Source: Candidatus Woesearchaeota archaeon (GTDB lineage: Archaea; Nanobdellota; Nanobdellia; Woesearchaeales; WAPY01). From it: a DNA stretch of 60,414 nt. The position numbers and the translations under genes are program-made. The notes beneath the pieces were generated by a model. The model did no database searches, was not told where the DNA came from, and saw only the letters and a list, made by a program, of their open reading frames with translations. The stretch spans positions 432,043 through 492,456 of the forward strand of contig JBNAUL010000001.1 of assembly GCA_049700835.1 (NCBI GenBank), written 5' to 3'. Positions 1 through 10,341 of this stretch are shown piece after piece (positions within the stretch are counted from its first letter, which is position 1; every line of letters begins with the position of its first letter).

Positions 1-1300
1 TTATATCGGTAACAAACTCGATAGTGTGATTTTCTCCAAAACCATGGCATGGATTTCCAACTTTTGCTAAGCAATACTTGTCACATCCAGTATAAACATA
101 ATCATCTGGATGCAATGGTGGCGGTTGGTAAGGAATTTGAACTTTACCGCAAGAAGGTTCTGGTTGTTTGCACTCAGGGAATGTTGACACTTCTGTATCA
201 TCAGGATCATCAATATATTTTTCCTTGTAATTTCCTATAAAATTAAAATTGCTCTTTCCACATTGTCCTGAGACGCAAGGAATTTCAGGAATAAAAACAG
301 AACCTCCCTCACATTTAGGACCCACTCTGTTAGGATCTAACCAATCGCACCCACTATCGCAAGTCCACCTATAACATTTATCAGGGTATTTAGCGCATTC
401 TTCTGGGTTTGAATGACATTCATCAGGACAATAAGGCGGAGGACAAGGATTGCAACAGCAGATAAAAACTGTTCTGGCATATTTACAAAATATTGTATAA
501 TTACAATCCACAAAATCATCCTTTTCTTTAAATCTCTTTTCTAAATCCTGAACAGAGAGTTCAACTATTTGATCTATTGTTTGCTCAGCAACAGCAGGTC
601 CTTTTGTGCAGATGCTTCCTCCTATTCCTTGAACAAGTTCTTCTGCTTGGCAAGTATACTTGCTTAAAACAGCATCATCATTCCAAGCTTTTATTACTCT
701 ATATAAGTACCAAAATCTTAATGGGTAAACAGTTATTGTATAAGAATGAACAACCCTTCTTTGCTCTTCATCTAAAGCAGACAACAAAATTCCTTCTTCT
801 CTTCCAGAGCTGCTTACATCAAAACTCTCATCAGCCCTTGCAATATTGTTGTTTGGAGTTATATCTGGCAAATCAACCCAAACATTTATTTCACCCACAG
901 TTCCTGACTCGTTGATTATTATTTTTCCAAAATTAACTCCTTTAACATTTGTAAGATAAGAATTACACTCACCTCTTGCATAAGTTTTAATGTTGCTTTT
1001 TACCTTCTCAAATTCAGGAGTTATTGGCTGTGCATAAACAACCCAATAACAATTAGAAGCTCCTCCGCAATTCAAAGCACTAATATAAGCTGCTCTTGTT
1101 GATGATTCTCTCAGCGCATGAAAAGCAAAATCCTTAAGCATCTCTCCATAACTTCCTAAGTAACCTCTTTGCAATTCTTCAGTGTAAGGTCTTTTTTCTT
1201 TAGCAGTTAAACTTATCAAATAAAACAAAATAAGCACTAAAACTATGAAAAAGATAGTCAAATAAGCAGATGCTTTCTTGATAAACTTTTTTGATTTCAG
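1..1300 (-). CDS. Cys-rich secreted/surface protein with pilin-like (class III) N-terminus; runs off the window start; absent from the ORF track
   Basis: Manual translation of the minus strand is open from 1300 (or GTG 1309) to base 1: LKSKKFIKKASAYLTIFFIVLVLILFYLISLTAKE...ICCCNPCPPPYCPDECHSNPEECAKYPDKCYRWTCDSGCDW...; GAGGTG lies 6 nt upstream of CTG 1300. Confidence 0.85.
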   Translation of the reverse strand, partial: MKSKKFIKKASAYLTIFFIVLVLILFYLISLTAKEKRPYTEELQRGYLGSYGEMLKDFAFHALRESSTRAAYISALNCGGASNCYWVVYAQPITPEFEKVKSNIKTYARGECNSYLTNVKGVNFGKIIINESGTVGEINVWVDLPDITPNNNIARADESFDVSSSGREEGILLSALDEEQRRVVHSYTITVYPLRFWYLYRVIKAWNDDAVLSKYTCQAEELVQGIGGSICTKGPAVAEQTIDQIVELSVQDLEKRFKEKDDFVDCNYTIFCKYARTVFICCCNPCPPPYCPDECHSNPEECAKYPDKCYRWTCDSGCDWLDPNRVGPKCEGGSVFIPEIPCVSGQCGKSNFNFIGNYKEKYIDDPDDTEVSTFPECKQPEPSCGKVQIPYQPPPLHPDDYVYTGCDKYCLAKVGNPCHGFGENHTIEFVTDI

Positions 1301-1574
1301 AACTACCACCTCTTTTTTTAATTTGCATTCTTTTATTATTTTTTTGTTATCTTTATTATTATTTTATTATTTTTGTTCTTATGCTAATTTGATATTTTGA
1401 TTATTTTAACTCCTTTCTATTCAATGAATATTTTACTTAAATCTTCTTTTACTTTAGCTATTATTTTATTTTTAACTTATTTTTTATTAATCCATTTTTA
1501 CACTTTTTTATTTTTAAGATTTTATTTTTGTTTTTGCTTTTTTTTTATTTTGTTTTTTTTATTTATCAGTATTT

Positions 1575-2714
1575 TTAGCCCCTTGCAACCATTAAACTTC
1601 CTTCTCCTCTTTTTGAAGGACTGCAAGGCAAAGGATAAACAAAATCATAACTCATAAAATCTTTATCAGGAATTTTCTTCTCAGTTCCGTTATAAGAAGA
1701 GGTTATGTAGAGCGATTTATAAGTTATTTCAACATTCTTTGCGATTTGGTCCCTTAAAGCAGTAGGATTGTCAACATTAACTCTTATCATTTGGCCTCCT
1801 GTTTCTTCGCAAAGTTTTTTTACGCTTTCTTGCCATCTTTTAGGATCATTAAGAAAGAGCTGTGGAGGAACAAAAAAATAAACTCTAACACCATTCTCTT
1901 TTGCTGCTTTCAATCCAAGCTCTGCATAAGCAGGAGTGTTTCCAGGAGTATTGTGGCAACATCCGCCACAAAACAGCATGCGCCTACCATAATATACTAT
2001 CATTAAATCACTACTGCAACTCTCTTCATCACCTGAAATAAAAATTATTTTTTCTTCACTTTCATTCCAGCCGTCATAAGGAGGTGGTCCGTTTTTTGCT
2101 ACAAAAGCAACAGCACCACCCCAATTTTCTTCCCAATCACAATTGAAATCATGATTATCACCTAAACCGCACTTTAAATCATCTCTCCCATTACTAAAAG
2201 CTCCTTTTGCAGTTGTGAGTTCTGCAATAGTGACCTTTTTGTATTTAGAAGAAATAGACCTCATCGCAGCATCAACAGCATTTATAGTGGTTGACATGCT
2301 ATTGCTGCTATCAACATAAAAATAAAGCGGTGGAAACTCAATAATTCCTGATTTTAAGAATAAAATCCAATTGTCTTTTCCATATAGTTCATCAAGTTTT
2401 GTTCTTATTTCCTGCAAAATGCTTATCTTTATTCCAGCGCCATAATCAACAGTATCATTACCGTAACAAGACAATGTTCCTAATAACTCTGACAGAGGAA
2501 TACCAAGTTTTGTTGTGTATGGAAGAACAACTGTTACTAACTGAACATCTGTTGTTTTTACTTCAGTTGTTAATGTTTGAATATTGGTTATTGATTTTTT
2601 TCCTGAGGAAAGTTTATTAAAGAGAGCAAAAAGAGTAATGACAATTATAAGCAACACAATAGAAATAAACTCTGCACTTTGAGCTTTGCTTACACCTCTT
2701 TTTTTAATTTTCAT
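1575..2714 (-). CDS. Pilin-like (class III signal peptide) protein with vWA-like domain
   Basis: Basic N-terminus KIKKRG..KAQ followed by hydrophobic EFISIVLLIIVITLFALF; MIDAS-like YFYVDSSNSMS and IIFISGDE; RVYFF and LCEETGG segments typical of vWA. Confidence 0.7.
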   Translation of the reverse strand: MKIKKRGVSKAQSAEFISIVLLIIVITLFALFNKLSSGKKSITNIQTLTTEVKTTDVQLVTVVLPYTTKLGIPLSELLGTLSCYGNDTVDYGAGIKISILQEIRTKLDELYGKDNWILFLKSGIIEFPPLYFYVDSSNSMSTTINAVDAAMRSISSKYKKVTIAELTTAKGAFSNGRDDLKCGLGDNHDFNCDWEENWGGAVAFVAKNGPPPYDGWNESEEKIIFISGDEESCSSDLMIVYYGRRMLFCGGCCHNTPGNTPAYAELGLKAAKENGVRVYFFVPPQLFLNDPKRWQESVKKLCEETGGQMIRVNVDNPTALRDQIAKNVEITYKSLYITSSYNGTEKKIPDKDFMSYDFVYPLPCSPSKRGEGSLMVARG

Positions 2715-2826
2715 AGTGCTCTTTAAGTGAATTTAACTTTATAAATATTTTGGATTTTTAGATTATATAAACTTAGAATATGAAAACAAAAAATAAAATA
2801 ATGAAATAAAAAATAAAGAGGACTGA

Positions 2827-4563
2827 TTATTTTTGTTTTTTGCTGCTTAATCTCTTTTTTGGATTGAACACAAAAATGTAAAGCACAACTAAAAAAGCAA
2901 TTACTATTATTGCTGCAATGAGCATTGTTAAGAAGTTGCTTTGTTTTCCAATGCTTTCTTTGGTCGTTTCCTCTGTTTCCATTTCTTCATAAACTTTTAC
3001 TCTGTTTGTTGTCTTTTGAGTTCCATCGCTTAGTATTACCTGAACAACATATTCTCCAGGGCTTAAATAAACTTTTTTAGAATATCTTCCTTCAATCAAC
3101 AGGTTTGTCTGAACATCAACAATCTTTCCACCTGCGTCTCTGACTACAATGTTCACAACATCTTTAAGATTGTCTCCTAATTCATTTTTTAAACTCACAA
3201 AATATTCTAAATAACCAAAACCACTACTAGCGTCTAAATTAAACTCTCTTTTTTCTGGCTCAAACAACGAGTAATCAAATCTTGTTTCCTCAATATCGTT
3301 TAAAATGCCATTTGAATCATAAAGTTCTGTTAGCAAATTTGCTTTTGTGATTTTCTCAGAAGCAGTAAATGGAACCTTTATGCATCTAATGTCAATTATT
3401 GATTCAACATCATACTCTTTTTTAAAGAAAATATTTTCTCCTTCATACAAAGTTAAAACTATTTTATTATTTACTGTTGGTTGTTTTGGTGGTTGTTGTG
3501 CTTCTGATTCGTTCTCTGCAATTAATATTCTGTAAGGTGCTAATGATCTTGTTGCTTGGGAAAAACAAACGCTCAAACTTGTTTCTTGATCCTTCAACAA
3601 TGGAAAATCGCTTATTGAAGAGAAAACTATTCTTGTTAAGTCGCCAACAACAGGAACTCTCAATAGTATAATAGATTTTCCAACATCAGAAGTTGCTGTT
3701 ATCTTGACAACATAGGTGCCAACAGGAAGCTTTCCAAGATTATAACTTACTATTCTTTCAGAGTTCTCTGCTAATGTTATTGTTTCTTCCTTTATCAAAC
3801 TTTCAGCATAATCAAAAATCTTTTTTATTTCTCCTTTCAATATTCCTTGGTTGTTTAGTTCTTTCAAACTTTTATGCTTTGCTTCGTTCCAAACAAAAAC
3901 TTCATACTTTATTGTAACGTCTCTTGAACTTCCATAATTCTTTAAGAACGCTTTTACTGTCAGTTCCTCTCCATTTTGAAACTCAGGGAAGAAAGTTCCA
4001 AACTCATACCTAAAATCATTGATATAAACTTTATCCTGATTAAACTCTATGTAATTATTGCTTTTTGATTCAACTGTGAAAGGAAAAGAGGTTGCATACA
4101 TTCCATAAACGCTTTCCTCTCCGCCAACATTGTAACCATCCATAAAATTAAAGTACGCTATTCTATACTTGCCTGCTGGAAAAGTATCTGGTATTTTATA
4201 ACTTAAAGAAAAGTGCTTTTTGCTTTCTTTCTTAAAATTAACATTCTCAGCAACAACTATCTCATCCATAATCGTGTATGGTTTATAAGGCTCTTCTCTA
4301 ATTACTTCCAGAACAACTCTTCCATCTACAAAAGGATGCATTTTAAAATTATCAGAAAGTTCTAAATCAAAAGAAATTTGCATCTCTTCTCCTGCTTTAT
4401 AATTAAGCTTGTTTATGTACAAGTTTTTAAAATTCACTCCAAAAACTCCAAAAACTTCATCATAGCTTAAATAATCAACTGCTTTTACAGAAAAAAAGCT
4501 TAAAAACAAAACACCGATGCACAAAAATAGAATCTTATAGTTCTTATTTTTATTTTTGTCCAT
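2827..4563 (-). CDS. Secreted beta-rich (Ig-like) surface protein with C-terminal membrane anchor
   Basis: N-terminal signal peptide, beta-strand-rich body, C-terminal hydrophobic helix plus basic tail; GAGGTG 6 nt before ATG 4563. Confidence 0.7.
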   Translation of the reverse strand: MDKNKNKNYKILFLCIGVLFLSFFSVKAVDYLSYDEVFGVFGVNFKNLYINKLNYKAGEEMQISFDLELSDNFKMHPFVDGRVVLEVIREEPYKPYTIMDEIVVAENVNFKKESKKHFSLSYKIPDTFPAGKYRIAYFNFMDGYNVGGEESVYGMYATSFPFTVESKSNNYIEFNQDKVYINDFRYEFGTFFPEFQNGEELTVKAFLKNYGSSRDVTIKYEVFVWNEAKHKSLKELNNQGILKGEIKKIFDYAESLIKEETITLAENSERIVSYNLGKLPVGTYVVKITATSDVGKSIILLRVPVVGDLTRIVFSSISDFPLLKDQETSLSVCFSQATRSLAPYRILIAENESEAQQPPKQPTVNNKIVLTLYEGENIFFKKEYDVESIIDIRCIKVPFTASEKITKANLLTELYDSNGILNDIEETRFDYSLFEPEKREFNLDASSGFGYLEYFVSLKNELGDNLKDVVNIVVRDAGGKIVDVQTNLLIEGRYSKKVYLSPGEYVVQVILSDGTQKTTNRVKVYEEMETEETTKESIGKQSNFLTMLIAAIIVIAFLVVLYIFVFNPKKRLSSKKQK

Positions 4564-4716
4564 TACGAACACCTCTATTTTTTGTTTTTATAATCAGTAA
4601 TTTAATTTTTCTTGTTTTAATTTTTGTTTTGATTTTTTAGATTTTTTATTATTCTTCGTGTTTTTTATTAGTTCTTTTTGTTTTTTTGGTTTTTTAAATA
4701 TTTTTCTTTTTTTTTT

Positions 4717-7215
4717 TTACACCTCGCAATCAATGCTGATTTTTTTGTCTTTGGTTTGTAATTTTGGGTTTTTTATGCTTTTGAATTCAAATGATTCAAA
4801 TCTTGCAGCAGGTTTTATTAAAATCAAATTCTCTTTAAGCAGTTTTTTTGTTTTCTCATCGCAATCAATTATTAACTTCTTAAAGTTCTTTGCCAATGAA
4901 ATCTTGTTTTCTGATTTGAACTTTCTTATTAATGAAAGAATTTCTAATAACATTTCAATTTCTTCTTCTAATGCGCTTAAGTTTAATTCTTCAAGGTATT
5001 CAGGCCATTTTGTTAAGTGAATGCTCTCCTTTTTTTCAATTTCATTATAATAAAGATTGTATATTTCTTCTGTTATGTAAGGCATTATAGGAGCCAAAAG
5101 CTTTAAAAGATTTAAAGAAGAATTGTAAAGCATTATGACCGCAGATTCTAATTCCTCTTTTGCATAATTTTCCTTATTATAAAATCTGTCTTTTACGAGT
5201 TCCAAATAATTATCGCAAAAATCATGCCAAAAGAAATTTTCAACATCAAGCTTTAATCTTACATACTCGTAATTTTCTAAAGCTTCAGTTACATTCCTTA
5301 TTATTTTGTTTTGTTTGCTCAGCAACCACAAATCAACTTTGTTCTTAACCTTTTTTATGTTTTTAGAATCAATCTTTTCTGGTTTTATTCTTGCTGATTT
5401 CAACATTGCAATTATTAGTTTAGAAGCATTCCATAGTTTTATTTGCATTCTTTGAGCATTGACGAATTCCTTTTCGCTAAACCAAAGGTCCTCCCCCAAT
5501 TTTGAACTTGCAGCCCAAAATCTCAAACAATCAGCATTGTACTTGTCAATCAAAATTTTAGGTTCAATAACATTTCCCTTACTCTTTGACATCTTTTTGC
5601 CGTGCTTATCAAGAGCCCAACCATGAATCATTATGTTGTTCCAAGGTTTTTTGCCTTCGTGAAAATACGATTTAACTATTGTGTTGAAAGCCCAAAAACT
5701 TATTATGTCATGTCCTTGAGGCCTTAAATCCATTGGAAACATTTTTTTGAAGAATTTAGAATTTTCAACCCATCTTAGAGATATTTGGGGAGTTAAAGAT
5801 GAAGTCGCCCAAGTGTCCAGGACATCTTTTTCAGGAACAAACTCTTTGCAACCGCACTTTGGGCATTCTTTAATGATTGGTTTTTTGTCCAAAGGATCAA
5901 CAGGAAGTTCAGAATCAGAATGCTTTGCAGTTATTATTTCACCGCAATTCTTGCAATACCATACTGGAAATGGAACTCCAAAAAACCTTTGCCTTGAGAT
6001 GCACCAATCCCACTGCAAACCTTTTATCCAATTTTCAATCCTTGATTTCATGTGTTCAGGATGCCATACTATTGAGTTACTTATTTTTAAGAAATCCTCT
6101 TTTAAGTCAAGGTATTTTATGAACCATTGTTTTGTTATCAAAAACTCTATTTCTGTTCCGCAACGTTCATGAACATTGACACTATGGGAAATCTTTTTTT
6201 GTTCCAAAAGAAAACCATTGTTTTTCAGGTCGTTGATTATTCTTTTCCTTGCTTCTTTTATCTTTAAATTCCTATAATTCCCTGCCATTTCATTCAATCT
6301 TCCATCATTGCCTATAACAATCCTCAATGGGAGATTATAAGCTTTCCACCATTCCATATCAGTTTGGTCTCCAAAGGTGCAGCACATTACAATTCCAGTT
6401 CCTTTTTCAATGCTTACCCTAGAATCAGCCAGTATTGGAACTTTGTAATCAAATAGAGGAACAACTGCTTTCTTTCCAATGAGTTTGGAATACCTATTGT
6501 CTTCTGGATGAACAAAAACAGCAACGCAGGCAGGCAAGAGTTCTGGTCTTGTGGTTGCGATAACAATCTTTTCATTGTCTTCGGTTTTGAAATAGATGTA
6601 GTTGAAATATGTTTCTATCTGTTTGTCTTCTAATTCCACTTGGGCTATTGCTGTTTGGCATTCAGGGCACCATATTGTTGGAGATTCTTTTCTGTAAGCC
6701 CTTCCTTTCTCAAAAAGTTCTAAAAAAGAAGTTTGGCTTGTTTTAATACAATAAGGTTCTATCGTTCTGTAGCTTATGTTCCAATCGCAGCTTATTCCTA
6801 TACTTGAAAAATCTTTCTTTAATTCATTTTCAGCTTCCATTGTTTCTTTTAAGCATATCTTTACAAAATCACTCCTTTTCATTTCAGTTGCTTTTTTGCC
6901 GATTCTCTTCTCAACAAACCTCTCTGTTGCCAAACCATTATCATCAAAGCCAAAAGGGTAAAAGACATTAAATCCCTGCATTCTCTTGTATCTTGCAATT
7001 ATGTCTGCTTGGGAATAAGAAAAAGCATGTCCAAGATGCATGCTCCCAGAAACAGTAGGCGGAGGAGTATCTATTGAAAAAATCTTCTTTCTGTCAACGT
7101 TCTCAAAGTCAAATGCGTATATGCTCTTTTTGTTCCAAAATTCCTGCCATTTTTTTTCGCAGTTCTTGGCATCGTAGTATTTTGGAATTTCTTCGTCGCT
7201 GTTGTTCATGTTCAT
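4717..7215 (-). CDS. valS: Valine--tRNA ligase (archaeal type)
   Basis: IDTPPPTVSG, HLGH (HIGH), DWCISRQR, DTWATS, KMSKS motifs; 832 aa. Confidence 0.97.
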   Translation of the reverse strand: MNMNNSDEEIPKYYDAKNCEKKWQEFWNKKSIYAFDFENVDRKKIFSIDTPPPTVSGSMHLGHAFSYSQADIIARYKRMQGFNVFYPFGFDDNGLATERFVEKRIGKKATEMKRSDFVKICLKETMEAENELKKDFSSIGISCDWNISYRTIEPYCIKTSQTSFLELFEKGRAYRKESPTIWCPECQTAIAQVELEDKQIETYFNYIYFKTEDNEKIVIATTRPELLPACVAVFVHPEDNRYSKLIGKKAVVPLFDYKVPILADSRVSIEKGTGIVMCCTFGDQTDMEWWKAYNLPLRIVIGNDGRLNEMAGNYRNLKIKEARKRIINDLKNNGFLLEQKKISHSVNVHERCGTEIEFLITKQWFIKYLDLKEDFLKISNSIVWHPEHMKSRIENWIKGLQWDWCISRQRFFGVPFPVWYCKNCGEIITAKHSDSELPVDPLDKKPIIKECPKCGCKEFVPEKDVLDTWATSSLTPQISLRWVENSKFFKKMFPMDLRPQGHDIISFWAFNTIVKSYFHEGKKPWNNIMIHGWALDKHGKKMSKSKGNVIEPKILIDKYNADCLRFWAASSKLGEDLWFSEKEFVNAQRMQIKLWNASKLIIAMLKSARIKPEKIDSKNIKKVKNKVDLWLLSKQNKIIRNVTEALENYEYVRLKLDVENFFWHDFCDNYLELVKDRFYNKENYAKEELESAVIMLYNSSLNLLKLLAPIMPYITEEIYNLYYNEIEKKESIHLTKWPEYLEELNLSALEEEIEMLLEILSLIRKFKSENKISLAKNFKKLIIDCDEKTKKLLKENLILIKPAARFESFEFKSIKNPKLQTKDKKISIDCEV

Positions 7216-7231
7216 AGTGTAAAAATAATGC

Positions 7232-7246
7232 TTATATAAAACTTTC
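7232..7246 (-). promoter_or_regulatory. BRE-TATA promoter of valS (probably leaderless transcript)
   Basis: Minus strand GAAAGTTTTATATAA shortly upstream of the ATG; the same motif precedes rps7. Confidence 0.55.
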
Positions 7247-7271
7247 TAAATCAGATTAGCACTTCTATTGT

Positions 7272-9539
7272 TTAAATTGCATTCAGAATTTCTTTTTTTA
7301 TTTTTAAAATTTCATTTTCATAGTTTAAAAGCACATTCGCCTCTGTTCCAGTAAATCTAATTTTTTTGTTGAACAAGTAATTGTTGTTCAGGTTCCTGTT
7401 TAGAAAATAACGAGCCATCTCCAAAAAATACCTCTTTTCCTGTTCGTCCCTGCTGTTTAACGAGTAATCAATGAACATCACGCCTGTACAGCAATCCCTT
7501 AGATTTTGAATCAGCAAATAGGATTTTAAAAAATCATTTTCATCTCCTCTGAATAATTTATTTTTCAGCAATTCTTCGTAAGCTGCTCTGATAATCTGAG
7601 TTTTTTCATTATCGCAAAGAAGGTTTCTTTGGTCTTCTGTAAATGAGTAAATGTCAAAATTAGGACTTGCCAACATTAATTTGAAATCATAAAATGTTGT
7701 AAATTCTATCTTTATTTTCTTGTTTTCCTTTAAGTATCTTATTATGTTTGAGGTAACTGCGTCTCCATGCACAACAACATACCACTTTGAGTTATTGACT
7801 TCCCTTTCCAATTCAAAGAACTCTTTTAATGCTTTATTATTCCTAGCGTTGTTTAAAATTTTCAATAATTCTTTGGAACACATACTGCGTTCAGCGCTAT
7901 GTTCAGCAATCAAATTTTCCAACCTTGAAAAGAACTTTTCATTAAAGTACTCTTCGTTATTGAATTCTTTTAAGATTCTGTATTTTTCATTGTAAAATCT
8001 CTTTGTGAGAACTTTCTGAAAATTTACGATCTCTCTTATAAAACTGATGTTTTCATCAATAACGCTTGGTTTTTCATTGTAAGTTTCTCTTAGAAGATCA
8101 GAAGCTGTTTTTCCGATTATTCTTCTCAAGGAAACCATTGCAACAGAATCCCTGCCTTCAAAATTTATTTTTCCTAAAAATAGCTCTTCAACAACAGAAT
8201 TGTTTGGTTTTAAGTTTAATTCCTCAGAGAATGTTCTGTAAGCAAATGTTATATCAAGGTATTCATTTATCAGTGATTCCAGTTCATTTTCTGATTTTAG
8301 GATTTTGCATTCAAAAACATCTGTTGAAAACAAATCATCTTTTAAGTGCAATGTTATTGAGTGTTTTGTTTTTTTGTCAATAACATACTGTTTAGTATCA
8401 ATTATTTTCTCAACAAAATTTTTCCAATCCTCTGCTTTGTTTGTGAATAAACTCCTAAATAACATTGCAGCCAAATCACAACCTTCATTATTAGTATTAA
8501 GAATTATCCTTTCAGTTTTTGTTATGCATTCATATATCTTTTCATTTATTTTTTTATCAAAAATTTTAAATAACAATTTATCTAAATGCTTCAGAAAACT
8601 TATTTTATAGAGCAACCTGTTCATCTCTGAACTTTCATCTTTGTATTCTTTTACAAAGAGTTCTTTCCAACGAGAACTTAAGTAACCAAAAACTATTAAG
8701 AAAGAATCTTTCTTATTGTTTGAAAATCTGTTTTTTAATAAACTTATCTCTCTAGTAAAACTCTTGAAATCAATTAATCCTCTTTTGTAAAGTTCAAAAT
8801 AATAACTCAATTTTTCGTAGCTTAACGATGGAATATAGTTCTTTTCTAACATTTCTAATCTGTCAAGTTCCTTTCTTAATTTCTCATCTGATATTTTGGA
8901 TAAATCCTTTTTTAAAACAACATCATACAAAACATTTTTTGATTTATCAAAGAAGTTGTTGATAACTTTTGCTGTTTGATAAAATAAATATGAACCAACC
9001 ATTGAAAAAGCAAGAACGCTTTCTTTTAGGTATTTCATCCCGTTTACAAATTCATCTTTTTTGATTGCATCAGCAGCATACAATCCTAATCCAAGAAACA
9101 CTAATGATGGCAATAATGCTTTAAAATCAATGTAACTTTTTTTCTTTAAATACTTTGAGAAATATTCAGAATTTTTAATAAAATTAAAATATGAAGGCAG
9201 GAGTAATAAAGTAGCATCGAAAAAGTAGTATAAACTATTAGAAGGAACAAAAAAATTTTTTAATGAAACCTCTTTTAAAAGATTGTTAGCATAGAGGTCT
9301 CTGTAAGAAATTAAATTAACTGAACCTATTGCAATTGAGGATATAATCAAACCTAATGCCTCGTGCTTATTCCAATCAAACCAATCCATTATCTTTTGAT
9401 AAGCAGACTTTTTCTTAACTACGAGTTTGCTGTTTATTTTTTTGATATGTTCTTCCAAACCAAAACTCTTTTCTATTGCCAAATTTTTAAAATCTTCTTC
9501 TAGTATATCATCTAAAAAGTCATATTTCATTTTGCTCAA
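7272..9539 (-). CDS. Membrane protein with C-terminal APH/choline-kinase-like phosphotransferase domain
   Basis: About four N-terminal hydrophobic segments; C-terminal VVVHGDAVTSNII (HGDxxxxN) and FYDF motifs. Confidence 0.6.
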   Translation of the reverse strand: MSKMKYDFLDDILEEDFKNLAIEKSFGLEEHIKKINSKLVVKKKSAYQKIMDWFDWNKHEALGLIISSIAIGSVNLISYRDLYANNLLKEVSLKNFFVPSNSLYYFFDATLLLLPSYFNFIKNSEYFSKYLKKKSYIDFKALLPSLVFLGLGLYAADAIKKDEFVNGMKYLKESVLAFSMVGSYLFYQTAKVINNFFDKSKNVLYDVVLKKDLSKISDEKLRKELDRLEMLEKNYIPSLSYEKLSYYFELYKRGLIDFKSFTREISLLKNRFSNNKKDSFLIVFGYLSSRWKELFVKEYKDESSEMNRLLYKISFLKHLDKLLFKIFDKKINEKIYECITKTERIILNTNNEGCDLAAMLFRSLFTNKAEDWKNFVEKIIDTKQYVIDKKTKHSITLHLKDDLFSTDVFECKILKSENELESLINEYLDITFAYRTFSEELNLKPNNSVVEELFLGKINFEGRDSVAMVSLRRIIGKTASDLLRETYNEKPSVIDENISFIREIVNFQKVLTKRFYNEKYRILKEFNNEEYFNEKFFSRLENLIAEHSAERSMCSKELLKILNNARNNKALKEFFELEREVNNSKWYVVVHGDAVTSNIIRYLKENKKIKIEFTTFYDFKLMLASPNFDIYSFTEDQRNLLCDNEKTQIIRAAYEELLKNKLFRGDENDFLKSYLLIQNLRDCCTGVMFIDYSLNSRDEQEKRYFLEMARYFLNRNLNNNYLFNKKIRFTGTEANVLLNYENEILKIKKEILNAI

Positions 9540-10251
9540 TTAAACATTCACGATATTGTTGTTTAAATAGTCCAAACTTTTCGCACATAGAATGAGTTAT
9601 TTTGACGCTTTCCCTTAATTTTTTATAATTGCTCTTGAGTTCATTTGCATAAATTGAATACAAGCATATTGCAGAAGAAAGCCCTATCAATGCAAGATTT
9701 AAATAAAAACCAGAAACAAAATCTTTGCTTTTCAGGATTTTAGAACCAAGATAAGACAACCCCAGAATACCTGAAAATGTAGTTAAAGAACCAATCATTG
9801 AAGAAGAATAATCAATGATCCTTGATTGATTTTTAAAAATAGATTCCAGAACGAATGTTGCACTTTTTTCTACTGTTTCATAAAACGATTTGATGATTAG
9901 CGGTGTGTACAAAGCTGCAATAGAAAGGGCAGAATTGAATGCTTTCCTTAAAGAGCTTATCTCATGCTTATTTTTGTTTAAATTCTCTTCAAGTTCTATA
10001 AGTTCTTCCAATCTTAAAAAATCATCGCATGTGCTTCTGTTGGAATTTATAGCTCTGAACAACAAATCGCTTATTTGTTCAACGCTCTTTCTTTCTATTT
10101 CTACGGGGAATTTTAACTCTTTTTCAGAATAAGCGTTTCTTAAAATCTTATTGAACTGATTAAAAATTTTTGTATAAGTTTCTATGCAAATCTCCTGATT
10201 TGCGTCCAACCCTTCTTTGATTTCCTTATAAAAATCTTTCAAATCGCCCAT
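9520..10251 (-). CDS. Hypothetical membrane protein
   Basis: 243-aa ORF with 2-3 hydrophobic segments; overlaps the start of the next gene. Confidence 0.6.
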   Translation of the reverse strand: MGDLKDFYKEIKEGLDANQEICIETYTKIFNQFNKILRNAYSEKELKFPVEIERKSVEQISDLLFRAINSNRSTCDDFLRLEELIELEENLNKNKHEISSLRKAFNSALSIAALYTPLIIKSFYETVEKSATFVLESIFKNQSRIIDYSSSMIGSLTTFSGILGLSYLGSKILKSKDFVSGFYLNLALIGLSSAICLYSIYANELKSNYKKLRESVKITHSMCEKFGLFKQQYRECLIEQNEI

Positions 10252-10341
10252 AATTTCAATAGCACAACCTTGATATAAAAATTTTACTATTTTAAAATTA
10301 AAAAATTAAAATAGTTTTTGCGAATTTCTCTGCTTACCATT

